A DNA stretch of 64,000 bases from Raillietiella orientalis (Eukaryota), in contig JAYWIR010000003.1 in the NCBI GenBank assembly GCA_036172245.1, positions 6,448,001-6,512,000 on the forward strand, read 5' to 3'. Every line of letters starts with the position of its first letter. The first letter of the stretch is position 1. Below are positions 51,501-64,000 of the stretch, in pieces. A program made the translations under genes and the position numbers. The notes below the pieces were generated by a model. The model was not told where the DNA came from. It searched no databases and was given only the letters and a program-made list of their open reading frames with translations.

Positions 51501-54239
51501 CCAGACTGGATGGCTCATTCACCATAGCGTTGGAACCGCGGGGGGGGGGGGAAGGAAACGAAACAAAAAAGTAGGGATGGAAACAAAACAGGAATGTTTT
51601 TTCTTTTTTTTTCTCTGTGTGTGTGTTGTTGTTGTTGTTGCGGTGTTTTTTTCTTTTGGCTTTTTTTTTGGAGCGCAAGCAGGTTGTTTGGGACGCTGCT
51701 GCTTCCCCCGTTATCGGAGGAGTTTCGTGGTAACCACACTGTATCAAAAACGCTGCTCGGATCCCTCGGGAATTCCGAAAATCCTGGCGAGGGGTAAGGG
51801 GCAGGGCGGGACGAAGGAGGGTAGCGCGGAGGCTCCGGGAGGAGGGGTCTCGACCGTTCCCGCCGAACCCTGGGGACCCGGGCGAGGACGCTGCACGGGG
51901 AGAAGCGGCCGCCCTCCCGGAGGAGGGAACGCGGCGACCGCTGCTCGGTTTCGGGCGGGGAGGCCGATGGTTGCGGACCCCCCGTGCGCGCCCCCCGTTC
52001 TTGTCGGCTCGCGAGGGCCACGGCCGCAGCCTCCCTCCCGTCCCACTCCGCTGCGCGCCCGCCTCCTCGCCTCGCGCGGAACGGGGGCAGGGGCTCCGCC
52101 GAGCTCGCTAGCTGACTCCCAGGGGTGCCGTTCAACAAAAGGTGAGGGGGGGGGGGGAGGGAGCTGCCGGCTGAGGGGGGCCGACACTCCTTGGGAGTAT
52201 CGCTGGAGCTCGGGGCACGCAGCGCGAGACGACGATCCGGGGAAGCATCGTTCCCCCACCTCCCCCCTTTCTCGTGCACGCCCAGTCGCTTTGGGGTGGG
52301 ACGGCGCGCGTGCGCTGACGCGGGATCCCCCGGAAGTTCGAAGAAAGGAGGCCGATAACCGGAGGGAGCAGGGGAGGCATCCCCTCCCCACCCTCTCTCG
52401 CCCGGGGGTCTGCTTGCAGGCAAGGACCATCCCAACCCCCATTTCCCCAAGTCCTCCTCCCCCCTTTTCTGCCAGGGCCGCGCCCTCGCAGCGGCAAGAA
52501 TGGCGGGCGACCAACTGCGGCGGATGCTCCCAGGGCCGTCCGGGGGAGCGTCCATCCGCGACGGGCGGAGCCTCAAGGACGGGAGGGACGCGCAGCAGGG
52601 AGGAGCCGCCTCTCCGGGACGACGACCCGGGGAACGCGGGGCCGCGCACCGGCGGCGACCGAGAGGGGCGCGGTCCGGCACGGCCGCTGCCGTGGGCGGA
52701 GCGCTCCCCCCCTCTTCACAGCCCCCGACGCCAGCGCTCGGCCTCTTCGTCTCCGCCTTCGCCAGCTCGCTCGCTTGTCATCAGCGCCGCCCTGCCGCCG
52801 TCGCCATGCGAGGGGTGGGCGGAACGCGGCCGCGATGCCCACTGCTCCCTCTTCCCGTGGCGAAAAGGGAAGAGAGGCGCCGGCAGGCGCGCAGGAGGAC
52901 GGACGGAAGAGGAAAGGGAGGCGGGAGGGGGGAAGAGTCGACGCGTTTTGGCATGGCAACCAACAGCTGCAACCGCCTCCCCGCCCTCGCGACTTTTCCC
53001 TGAAAATGGTCACCGGGATGCTGCTCCTGTCGCCCGGAATGATCGCCGCCCTCCGCGCGCTCGCGTCGCACCGCGGCCGTCGCCGCCCGGTCTCGGGAGA
53101 ACGGGACAGACGGGGTGGGGGCGACGGGAAAACAGGCGGGAGGAACGCGCGCGGGTCGCCCGCCGTCGCCGGGGAAAACCGGGTCAGCGGATGTCTGGTG
53201 TCTCCTCCGTCGCTCTCCTCTCTCTTTCTGCGCCTTCCATCCCTCCTTGTGCTCTCCCCCACCGGTGCTGACGTCTCCCAGCGACGCGCGCGAGCTCCAG
53301 ACAAAGACGTCTCGGGAACCGGTGGCGAGCCAGGGAAAGAAGAGACGGCGGCGCCGGCAGGTGAACGGCCCCTCCCCCCAGACGGCGGCGCGCGCGCTCA
53401 CTCCCGCGAGGTGCGCTTTTTTCTTTTTTTTCCTCCCTCCCTCTCTCTCTCTCTCTGCCACCCCCCCCCTCTTTCCTTGCGTGCGCGGTGACGCATGCGT
53501 CCCGTTGCCCCCCACTGCTAACGCCCCCGTTGCCGCTCTTGGGCGGCCCTTGCCCGCACCCACCGCGTGGCAACCGCCCTCGCCGGCCGTGCCCGCTCGC
53601 TCCGCTCACCCCAATCCCTTCCCTTCCCCCCTCCCCAGAGACTTTCGGCGGTCCTGGGAGCCGCGGGAGGAGGGGCGCGGAATTTGAGCACGCGAGGGGG
53701 CGATCCGGGATTTTCGCGGGAGCAGGAAGGGCTTCCCGCAACCTGCGGCACGAAAACCGTCCGCAATTCGTTTCGAACGGCCCACGAATGCTTTTTCTTT
53801 CTTTTTTTTTTTTTTTTTTTTGTGTGTGTTTTTCACTTCCCCTTTTTCGTTTCTCCTAAGGCGGGCAGCCTCGGGTGAGTGCAATTTGTCCCCCCTCCCC
53901 TCCCCTCCGCCCCCTCCCGCAGCCTTAAAAGAAGGAGGAGGAGCGGATGGGCCGCTGCTGCTGCATTCTTCGGCGGCCAGGTGCACGTGGAGGGGGCCTT
54001 CCAGGAGAGCAGCAGCCCGCCGGCGGCCGGCGGCGAGCCATGGCAACGCGGGGAAGCGGCAACAATGGCAGTGAAAGGGGACGCACGCGTTCGAGGATGG
54101 TTTATTGGCATCGAGCGATGTACACCGAATATGTAGAAAAAGCTGCTCGCCTCAGGCACGAGCGGCGCTTACAAAATTAAAAGGTGAAATACAATTTCTA
54201 TATCACAAAGCAGGACCACATTCCTCCATACAGTCTCCG

Positions 54240-54339
54240 TATGTATACGTGTGTGTATATATGTACATATATACGTGTGTGTGTCTGTCTGTCTGTCTGC
54301 CTGCGTATGCGTTCGCGCATACGCGGTGATGGGGAGAAA

Positions 54340-54373
<34 letters not shown>

Positions 54374-54624
54374 TTTCCTCCTCCTCCTCCTCCTCCCGTG
54401 TTTCCTTGGCTCCCCCTCCAAGGGGTTTGCGTGGGTCTTCTCGTTCGGAGATCGGGCGCGGATCCAAAGCACCGTCGCGGCGCGCTCCTCCGAGCGGGCA
54501 GCTCCCGGCGCGCTCCTGCAGAGGAGGAAGGGGCTGACCGCTGCGTGTGCGGGAGAGAGTCCTGGAGCGCGTTGCTGGGAAACTGCCACAAGAATTGCAC
54601 TCTTCTTACTCAAATACACGTTCT

Positions 54625-54663
<39 letters not shown>

Positions 54664-55075
54664 AAAAAAGAAAAAAGGATTTCAGATATCACATACGAAA
54701 AATCTCAATATCACATTTGCTTGTTCCCGATGGGGTGCCGCGCTGCTGCTGGCGGAAGCTCTTTTTGTACTTTTCGTCGTCGTCGTCGTCGTCGCATAGA
54801 CGCACCAGCAGCACGCGACGCGCACCCATGCACAACTGCTGGTTGTGTGTGTGTGTCTGTGTGTGTGTGTGTCTGTGTCTGTGTGTGTGTGTGTCTGTGT
54901 CTGTGTGTGTGTCTTTTTTTCCTCCTCCTCCTCCTCCTCCTCCTCCTTCTTCTTCTTCTTCTTCGTCTTCTTTTTTTGTCCTTTCTTTTGTTTTGCTTTT
55001 TTGTTTTTTGTTTTTTTTTTTTGTGTGTGTGTGTGTGTGTTTTTGTTTTTGTTTTTTTTTTTTTTTCCTTTTGTT
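54240..55075. repeat. Compound microsatellite field in the probable YPEL 3' UTR
   Basis: (TG)n, (CCT)n, (GA)n, (GTC)n, (CTT)n and T-tracts; candidate AATAAA on - at 54101-54106. Confidence 0.85.
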
Positions 55076-55151
55076 GTCGTCGGCCGCGGTTAACTTTCAA
55101 TGAAGAGCAGTCGGAGCGGACATCCCATGGACCCGCCGCGCTTCGTCTGCC

Positions 55152-58041
55152 TTATCTGTCCCATCCATTTTCTTTGATCATGTGAGCCATTTCGATTATG
55201 TACTTTCCCTCTTTGTACTTCTGGCTGGACTCGAAAGCGTGCTCCTGAAAGACAACAAAAAGGGGTGTTAGCTTTCCGGCAAACCGCCAGGGGTGCGGCT
55301 GCACAGCATCCGCGGCCGCACAGACGCACCCCAGCCAAGCAGCACCGGCAGCAGCCCGCACGCCAGCGAGACGGGGGGGTGGGGTGGGGTGGGGGGCGGC
55401 GGCGACGGCACTCGTCCGCCGCATCAGCGCCGATGCAAAGGAAACTGCGATCGCACGTTGACGCAGATAGAAATCGCGGGGGGGGGGGTGGTGAACGGAT
55501 TGCCTCGGGGCACGCAGTCGGCTTTGCGGACAAATGCGTGTGTGGGTGTGTGTTTTCCTCTCACGACGCTCGGAGGCGTCGGTCGCTCGACCCCCCGGCA
55601 GGGTCGAGCGACCATTTCGCCTCCAGGCAGTTGTCTTTACGCGTCACTAAGGCGTCTTCGTTATTCGAGCGCCCCCCCCCCCGCAGATGTGTCCGAGCGC
55701 CAGAAGGAAAAGTGGGAAGAGGGAGGGATCGCCGCCGACCGAGACGAGCACAGAGGCTGCGCTCCTCCCCCGCCGGCCAAGGCGAGGGGAGCACCTCGTG
55801 AAAGTGCGGGCGCGGACCCTCACCGACAACGGACTGCACCCACACGGAAAAAGAAAGACGAAAAAAAAAAAAAAAAAAGGGGGGGGGGGGAAGGGCAAGA
55901 ACCAAAATCACGGGCCGATTGCGCTTTTATTTTCGAAGCTTTTCGGGGGTGTCCCGAACGCGGCCCATCCCGCCCGACCCGCAAACGCCGCACACCCAAG
56001 GCCGCCAACACCCCCACTTTATCGCGGCCGTGCCTCTCGGCGGCAGCAGCATCAGTGGGGGTCTCTTGCACCCCCGGGCGAGGTCCCCCGGCCCACGCTC
56101 GTACACAAGCGGCTCACCGAAAACCCTCTTGCGACCGTACGCCCCCTACGAGCACGAGGACCCCTATTTTACCAACTCGCCCGCCGAGCGATCCTCGACG
56201 GTCCTCGCTAGAAACGGAAAAAAAAAAAAAAAAAGAGAGACCCCACATGGGGGTACGTACCGAGGAGCCCCATTCTTAGGAGGAGTCGAAAGCGCGTTCA
56301 AAGCATCACCAACTTGCTCCTGCAACTTTCTCCTTTCAGCCATCCGTCCGTCAGTAAGATGATTACTTATCCTACTGTAATCGTCATGGCTCGAGGGGTG
56401 AATCATTTTTTTTTTTTTTTTTTTTTTGAAAATGCGAATTCCTTCGTGAATTTTACAAAATGAGCTTTCTGCAGGCGGAGGAGGGAGGAAGAGAGAGGGA
56501 GGGAGGGGGAGGAAGGAAGGACGTACACTCCCCAGTGCAGAGCCGGGGTGTACTGCGGAAAGATACACACACACACACACACACACAGGCACTGGAGCTG
56601 TACATCGAAAACGAAGATGCCTCCCCCCCCCCTTCTTTCCCCTCACCCCCGGAGCGAAACGAAGAAAGCAAAAAAACAAATCTCAAAACAAAAGTACCAT
56701 GTATCGTATTTCCGGTCTGATGGGAGGAGGAGGAAGAGGACGAAGAGGAGGAGGAGGAGGAGGAGGAAGAAATGCCACGTGGAGCCTTCCTAGGTGGCTG
56801 GCTCACCCCACCGCACCGGTGGATTCGCTGCGAGAAGGCGGGGGGGTGAGAGACGGATAGGCAGGGGGGTGGGGGGGTGGCTGAGCCGGTGTCCCCGCTC
56901 ACGTAACGTGCACGCGGCACATGCTCCTCAAACCCAGCGCTCAAATGCACAAGAGAGTAAATCGAAAATCATCAGCCGTCATCATTATGGGAATTTCAGT
57001 GACTGTTGCAGCAGAGTAAACCGTACGTATTTCCATCCGAGGGTTGTTTTGCAGCACTCGCAATAGATGTCAGCAACAGCATGCAATCCCGTCAACAGCA
57101 CTCTTTCTTCAGCTGGTCCGCATCCAACATTCACTCTAAAACAGATATGCAAAGCATGTTCATTCTTTGTTCTTCTCTTTTGCTTGATTTTTTCTGCATT
57201 CATCTTTTTTTTTTTTTCCCCCTTTTTTTTTTTTTGGAAAAAAAAAAAAAAAAAAAACGAGATGCCAATAGAGTGCACTCGTGAAAACTATGTGTACTTA
57301 CACTGAATTGAAAAGATAGGCTCTTCCTTGACTACCTTGGAACGACTACGTGGTCAAATGAAAATAGAAAGCTCAAATGAGTACACTGGATTTTGAAAAT
57401 GCCATCATTATGCACATATAAAACACGCACGCACACACACATAAAGATTAAGGACACAGTAAAGCGGTGCATCCGCCAACGATTCGACTGGCGAAGACGA
57501 CGAGACGTGTGCGTTGCTGCTCTTCATCGGTCGCCCTTTGGTGGTGGTGGTGGTGGTGGTGGTGCTGCTGCTGCTGACGGCGGCACTCACTCACGAATCC
57601 CTCTCCCCCGACTGTTCCCTTGAAGAAAGGATTCCGGGCTGCGTGCAAAAGCTGCTTGCTGCTGCTGCTGCTGCTGCTGCTGTCCTCCTCCTCTCCTCGT
57701 CCTCCTGGGTCCGCAGCGTGACCCCTCTCCCAGTTCGTTCCGCAGGGCTTTTTCCGAGACTTGGTCGAGGCGAAACGTCACTCCCCCCCCCTCTCTCTCT
57801 CCCTCTCTCTCTGCATTTAGGCATTTGTGGTGGTGGTGGGGGAGGGGGGGAAATCCTTTTTTTCCCTTATTTCTTTCTTTATTTATCTTTTTCACCACCA
57901 CACACAGTCAACTTGCTGAATAGAATGAACAGAGCTTACTTTAGAGATCAGTTCATCATGATTCGCGAGGTGTGCTCGACAGTGAATGCAAGAATAAATG
58001 CGATGGCAATAAGGAAGGTAAGCCTGAAAAGTCTTGACCAT
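55152..58041 (-). CDS. YPEL: Yippee-like protein (YPEL1-4 group), 115 aa
   Basis: Exons 58041-57940 ([34 protein letters not shown]), 57345-57302 ([15 protein letters not shown]), 57135-57027 ([36 protein letters not shown]) and 55244-55152 ([30 protein letters not shown]). All are GT-AG with consistent phases, and both CxxC pairs are present. An acceptor just upstream of the ATG implies further 5' exon(s). Confidence 0.97.
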
Positions 58042-58361
58042 ACTGGAACAATGCCGTCTAAAACACAGTCAGGGTGAGAACAAAAATGAATCAACGAACT
58101 GTCAAATGCAAAAATCAAATGCACACCGCGAGCGTAACGGATCGCGGGGAGAGGATACGGCGCAGCCTCCCACTCTTTCCTCCCTTTTTTTGTTTACCGA
58201 GGAGATTCGCTGCGGCCGCCCGCGTGTACCAACTCTTCTCGATTTCATTACGGAACGTCGGAAGGCTGACCTGCCTCCGGCACCCGATCACATGTTCGTT
58301 CTGCATACGCAGAACCACAGGTGTGTGTGTGTACGTTACACCGCCCCCCCCCCCACACACA

Positions 58362-58364
58362 CAT

Positions 58365-58405
<41 letters not shown>

Positions 58406-58407
58406 TA
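58362..58407. repeat. (TACATA)n hexamer microsatellite
   Basis: About 7 tandem units are directly visible. Confidence 0.9.
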
Positions 58408-61400
58408 ATGGTATTTTCAAGCGATGCTACGAAAACATGTGAAAGTACAGTGCATGTACACCCTGGCTGCAAATCACACACTTGCACATACGTGTATGCG
58501 TCCCTGTACATACACATGCTTCCACACTTGTACGTGTGTTCGCACACGTTCCATGCGGCCGCTCTTGTATACTTTTGGCATGTGTGGAGACATCCTCTCT
58601 GTGGGGGGAGAGAGATCAGTGAAAGTTCATCATCAGGTGACAGGAGGGAACCAGTCTTCCGGAGGGAGTCAGCGTGGTGGCGAGACAAAGGGAAGGAGGA
58701 GAGAGGAGGCATCCGCGGCCGGGGCAACCACAGTCGGTTCTTTCACGTGGCCCCACCACTTGAGCGTCTGGACACGAACTGAGAGGAGCAAGAGCAGGAA
58801 GAAGGCGAAGAAGAAGAAGAAGAAGGAAGAAGAAAGGAATCCGAGATCTGGCTTTTCCTCCCTTTCCCTTTCGAGATGAGCACCGCACACGAGAAGCAAA
58901 CACTGCACTTTTTTTTTTTTTCTTTTGGCTTTCCGGAATGACACACCGACGGAAACGCGCGCGGGGAGTTGGTACGGGCAGCTTCTTCCTGTACGATCGG
59001 CGGACCGCTCGGGAACGGGGGAGCGGGGAAATTTCGTTCCTCGACGCCAGGGCAAAGATCCTCCGATTGCAAGCGCGGTTTATCTGCACGTACCATCTTG
59101 AGTGTACGGGGAAACAAAACACGGAGTCGCATCAACAAATTCGTCCGCCTTTTCGCCTTTTGAGCCGCTGCTGGAAGAGCTCGGCAGCAGCAGCAATACT
59201 TCTTCCTCGCGCTTCCCTGCTCTGAGCGACGAGGAATCAAACGGCATGTACACTGGGAGGGAGGGAGGGAGAAGGAAGGAAGGAACACGAAGGAGAGGAG
59301 GAGGAGGAAGGAACAAAAAAAAAGAAAAGAAAAGAGGCAAGGGGATCATCTGATACGATCCGAGAGCTGGTGGTACCCCGGGATGCTGCGGGGCACGAGA
59401 ACGGCGGCAAAGGTGCCGTTCGTTTCAGTACGCACAGAGTACGGATCGGCTTCAGGTGTACGCAGATGCGTTGTGTAGGGTTCGTGAATCTCCGCGGGAC
59501 AAACTTCCTGCAGGGAGCTGACCAAGTTTGTCCCGGGTAAGGGAAGAGGAGGATTCCCCCTGCTGCTCTGCACCAGCAAACTACCAATTGCTATGACGAC
59601 AGAACGTCACATGGATCAATAATCAATACTTAAATGCAGCATCCATTCTGTTTAGGAGGGACCGATTCAATCCCGGATTCATTCATGGGGCCCACGACTT
59701 TGTAACCATCCAAACGGCATCCTTTCGAGGAGCGGTTTGAGGGTACAAAACAGGGAGAGAAAAAAAAACAAAAAAAAAAAACAAAAAAGCGGGAATGACC
59801 ATTCGGGAGAACACACGCGAGAAAATTCGCGCTGCACAGAAAAGCAGCACCGTCGTACTCATCTCCACCGATACACTTCGTGCACAGAGCAACCGTACAA
59901 AAAGCAAGTGGATGGGGGGCGGGGGAGAAGAAGAGGAAGACGAAGGAGAAGAAGGAGAGGGGGGGAAAAAAAAAAAAAAAAAAAAAAAAAGAAAGACGAC
60001 GACGCATGCAATAATTTTCGAGGACCAGAGGAGCTGCGAAGAACGCCAGAGGAGCTGATGATGGATGGAACAAAGGAAAGGCAGGAAAGAAGGAGGAAAA
60101 AAAAAAAAAACAAAAACACGGAACGGCACGGCGACTCGACAAAAGGAGATGAAAATCAGCGCCGTGGCTTGGCGATGGCTAAACGGTCGACGACGCTTTA
60201 AGATGCGCAGTTTTGTGCTTCCCACAAAAACACCACTCGCACAAAACACCGACTGGGAGGAGGAGGAGGAGGAGAAGAAGAAGAAGAAGAAGAAGAAGAA
60301 GGAGAGGGGAGGGGGGAAAAAAAAGGTTCACATTCGAAACACATTCGGTTGGGGGGAGGAGGAAGGGGGAAAAAAAAAAAAAAAAAAACAGTTGCAAATC
60401 AATCTCTCCCGTTCGCGACGCAACAAACTACGTGAAGCCGAGAGTACTGCAAAAACAAAGGATCATCATCGACACGGAGATGAAAAAAGCAGCATCCCAA
60501 GCTCGCTCTGGAGAACGGGATTCTCGGCCCACGATCACACACACACACACACACAACACGTCGAACAAAGAAACGATTTCCCCCCCCCCCCTTCCCCCCG
60601 TGAAAGGTTATCACATTTCGTGCCCCAAGTGGGAAACAAACAACCAAAAACACAACAGGAAAAGGAAGAAAAAAAAAAACAAAAATTCAGTGAAATTTCT
60701 TACTTATCTGTTCTGGGCGAAATTTCGAGCATCACGACATCGGGGAAGTCGGTGTTTAGCGAGCAGTGCTATGAATCCTCCTCTGCCTGATCATTGATCT
60801 TGTTCTTTCATTTGCTGTGCAAAAAGACACACGGCGTTGTTCGGAGGTTCTGCCCGGAGGAACGGTAACGTTTACTGTGAGCAAAACAACGCACACCACG
60901 CTGCACGTGTACGCTCCTCTTTGCAAATAAGCAGACTGTCGTCAGGTTGTTGTCCCTACAAACAGCTGGCGACTCGCCAAATCCACGATCAGCTGATGAA
61001 CAATAACATTGCACGCGGCTCCCGAAAAGCGAACAACTCCGAGCCGTCGTCAATTAAGCCCTCGTGCATTAGCCACGGGAACGTGGTAAATGATCGATTC
61101 GTGGGAGCCTCGGTGGCGAATTTCAGGCACTCCTACTATTATGCCTGCACAAAATCAATACCCTATTTTATGGTTAGTTAGGACGGTGTCGTGAACGGAG
61201 AAAATTCCGTAGGCTCGTGTCGTTATTTCCAGAAAACAAAAAGCAGAAAAGCAGAAAAATGACAAAATAACATCGTCCAGAACAACATTGCGGGGGAGGG
61301 GAGGGGCGTCGGGGAGGAGGAGGAGGGGGGGGGGGAGAGAGAAGGGAAAAAAAGGAAAAGGGAAGCCATCCCCAACTTTATTCGTGCATCCTGGATCAAT

Positions 61401-62559
61401 AAAGCACACAAATTTAAATCCTGCATTCTGTAACTCTTGGGAGGTTAAATTATCAAACCACAAACGCACAAAACAAACTCTGTAAAAATGGATTGCTGCG
61501 TTACTGCTCCGAGCATCCAAAATCGTCCAGAATCACAATTTGCATCTCAGCACTTTGAACAAAATTCTTGAAAGTCATGATCCTTGAGGATTTTTTTTTT
61601 TTTTTTTTTCTTTTTTTTTTTCCCGTCCCCCCACCGTTGTGAATGACGATCAGCATGGACGCCTTGAAGGAGAAATATTCTCACTTTTAAATCAAATCAA
61701 AGCTTCCCTAAATAATTCTTGCCCTGTGTTAATAAAAATAACGTCTCAGAGTGATGCCCCTATGTTGCTTCTTTCTTGAACCGTCGAAGCAAAAAAAAAA
61801 AAAGAAACAGAACGGTGGCTGAAGAAATAAACCGCAATAAACAAATGAAAGAACGAAAAAAAATCCATGGCATTAGGTCAGCTTTTGCATTATTATCACA
61901 AATTAAACACACCTAAAGAAAAAAAAAAAAAAAAAACCCATGCTGGGTAAATCAATGAAGCAACAATCAATGCATATGAAAACGCTTTCACAGAGTTCCA
62001 TTGACTGTTGCTGCTCGGTGAAGAAGGAGTGTGCATCAGCAAGGGTCAGTGATGACATTTTTTCAATGACCATGCTTCTTGCACTTGCCCCTGACCACCG
62101 GAAGGGGATCTCTCAGCAGCAGCAGTTTCCCACCACCACAAGCATGGTGGACCCCCAGTTCTTCCTTTCTTCTTCTTCTTCTTCTTCTTCGGCCGCCGCC
62201 CCTTTCCCTTGAAAGCTGCGGCAGCCAAACCGTCCCACACTTTTGGGGGAATTTCCGAGGGGGGGGGGGGGGGGGTTTCCCCTCGGCAAAAGGGTCGACC
62301 AGGAATTTCCAAAATCGACTGGGAAGCGCTTTCCGCCCCTGCCGGAGCAGCACATGGTGGAAAGAGCTGCTGGCGTTCCGTGGACGGGCAGCCGTTCTCA
62401 TGTAATCCCGTGATTCCAGCCTTCTCCTTGGACTCCCCATAAATGTGTTCCTCCTCGGCTGCCCCACCTGCATTCCACGACCAGGGCCTTGTGAGCTTCG
62501 ACGAGCAATGTGTGGTTATGGTCGGAAGCATTGCTGGATGAATAGCACAGAAAAAAAGA

Positions 62560-62853
62560 ATGCCTTCTTCCCTCGGTAAAAATTTCCCCGACTTTTCCAT
62601 TAACGAAAGAAGACTCAAGTCGATTTACGGTACGTTTTTTCCCCGAATAAGCAGCATTCCATTTCTTTTTCTTTTTTTTCTCTTTCAAAAAGAAAAGGAA
62701 AAAAAAAAAAAAAAATCAAGTCCATCCATGAGTTGATACACGTATATATGTACATGTGTACTTTCAGACTGCTTGGACAATGGTAGCAACAAAAAGGCTT
62801 TGCAAGAAGCTGAGAAAGTCTTAAAAAAGGCTCCTAACCTGGAGTGTGCCAAG
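62560..62853 (+). CDS. NAA25: NatB auxiliary subunit NAA25/MDM20, first two exons (gene continues beyond them)
   Basis: Exon 62560-62629 (MPSSLGKNFPDFSINERRLKSIY) plus exon 62768-62853 (DCLDNGSNKKALQEAEKVLKKAPNLECAK), joined by a GT-AG phase-1 intron. Matches the NAA25 N-terminus DRRLRPIYDYLDNGNNKMAIQQADKLLKK...CAK. Confidence 0.93.
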
Positions 62854-64000
62854 GTACGCGAGTGTTTAGGTTACATCATGGCATTCCCATTTAAAATTAT
62901 CTCACAAGTCAACATGTACATGAAAATGTATAGAGTAATCATAGTGTCGATTTGTTTTCGTAAACAGTAAAAGTTGTTCCTTACGCTTGTAACTGTATCT
63001 TCGAAAAATTGTTTCGTAATGTATTGTTCAATTTGATAGTCTAATCAATCCTTTGCTTTGGTTTGTTGGATTATAATGCGTTTGACACATGTTTCAACCA
63101 ATCATTCAATTTCTGGAGAGACTGCTTATGCAGATCACATGTTTTGGAACGTCTTTGTGTGAGGCTCTATCAGAGCCTTCGTTTCATAATATTATTCTGT
63201 ACTCAGGTATGCTCGATCAGTGAATCATAAGTCTACCATTTTCAAGAAATTTTGCCTGAAGCTTAACATGGTTACATCACAAATGTTAAGCTGTATAATA
63301 TGTCAACTTGTGTTCACCGAACCTTGGTTCAAAACTGTAAAACCATATCACTTGAATTCAACAATTCTTCTGAAAGAAGGATTGTCAGTGATGTTCATAA
63401 GTATGCAGGCAATAATAATCCACCTTTGTGTCATGAGTGTACTATGAAATCTACTTGTGCATGAGTCATTTTTGGATTGAATGTCTTTTTGAAATATTGT
63501 CCTTAATGCAGAGGCAGAAAAAAAAAAAGAAAAAAGCATTACAATAGATAAAGTTAGCAAATACTCTCAAGTGCCCATGATTCAGAGGCATTTATGAGTT
63601 ACATTATTGGTTACAGTTGCCTTTTTTGTTTTGTTTTGTTTTGTTTGCTTGTGAAGTTGAGAGCCTCATTTTGTAAACAAAAGTTTCAGACTTTAGCCAC
63701 CCACCCTCGACTTCAAGTATGTTTATAGCTTAGAAATCTAAGAATCTTGTTGCAATTGCTTTAGCAATATCACTAGTTGATTCGGTTAATATGCCTTTGT
63801 TCAGAAACGTATTAAATTTTGTTTGCCTGCCCAGAGAATTAGAAACTATTGTACGTAGGCACTTTCACTGTAATTTTTAAGCCATGTACTGTTCTCTGAA
63901 CTATAACTTGGAGAAAATGTGTGGGGTTTCAGGGTTTCCTTTGTAATACAGAAAAATTAAGGTTGCTTTTTTGTAATGTGGTTCTGTTGCTCTGTTGTTA

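Noticed and set aside
51481..53271. 596-aa + strand ORF and overlapping 240-390 aa ORFs
   Set aside because: Arg/Gly/Pro/Ala-rich, runs through microsatellites, several frames are open at once and there is no domain motif. This is the expected stop-codon scarcity of very GC-rich DNA.
1..64000. CRISPR array, rRNA or prokaryotic operon
   Set aside because: No regularly spaced repeats with unique spacers and no rRNA motifs were seen; the recognised host genes all have spliceosomal introns.

Overview
Eukaryotic, most likely arthropod, genomic DNA: the U2 fragment is closest to the insect-type sequence and the Vav has the invertebrate architecture. Two AT-rich, CpG-depleted gene-dense flanks enclose a ~47 kb GC-, CpG-, homopolymer- and microsatellite-rich block (~15.4-62.7 kb). 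Left flank: an intact multi-exon Vav Rho-GEF gene (-), an unidentified multi-exon gene (-), and a divergent 3-exon SKA2-like gene (+) that the ORF track misses. Right side: a 4-coding-exon yippee-like (YPEL) gene (-) and the first two exons of NAA25 (+). The GC-rich block holds many decayed non-LTR retroelements: at least four same-orientation L1/Tx1-like copies, a tandemly duplicated structured 3' unit, a tRNA-headed SINE and an RTE fragment. The most notable feature is a U2 snRNA cut at about nt 38 and joined directly to the 3' end of a decayed R2-group (Utopia-like) retrotransposon. Most long Arg/Gly/Pro-rich ORFs in the track are GC artefacts. All homology calls are by-eye comparisons with remembered consensus sequences; no searches were run.
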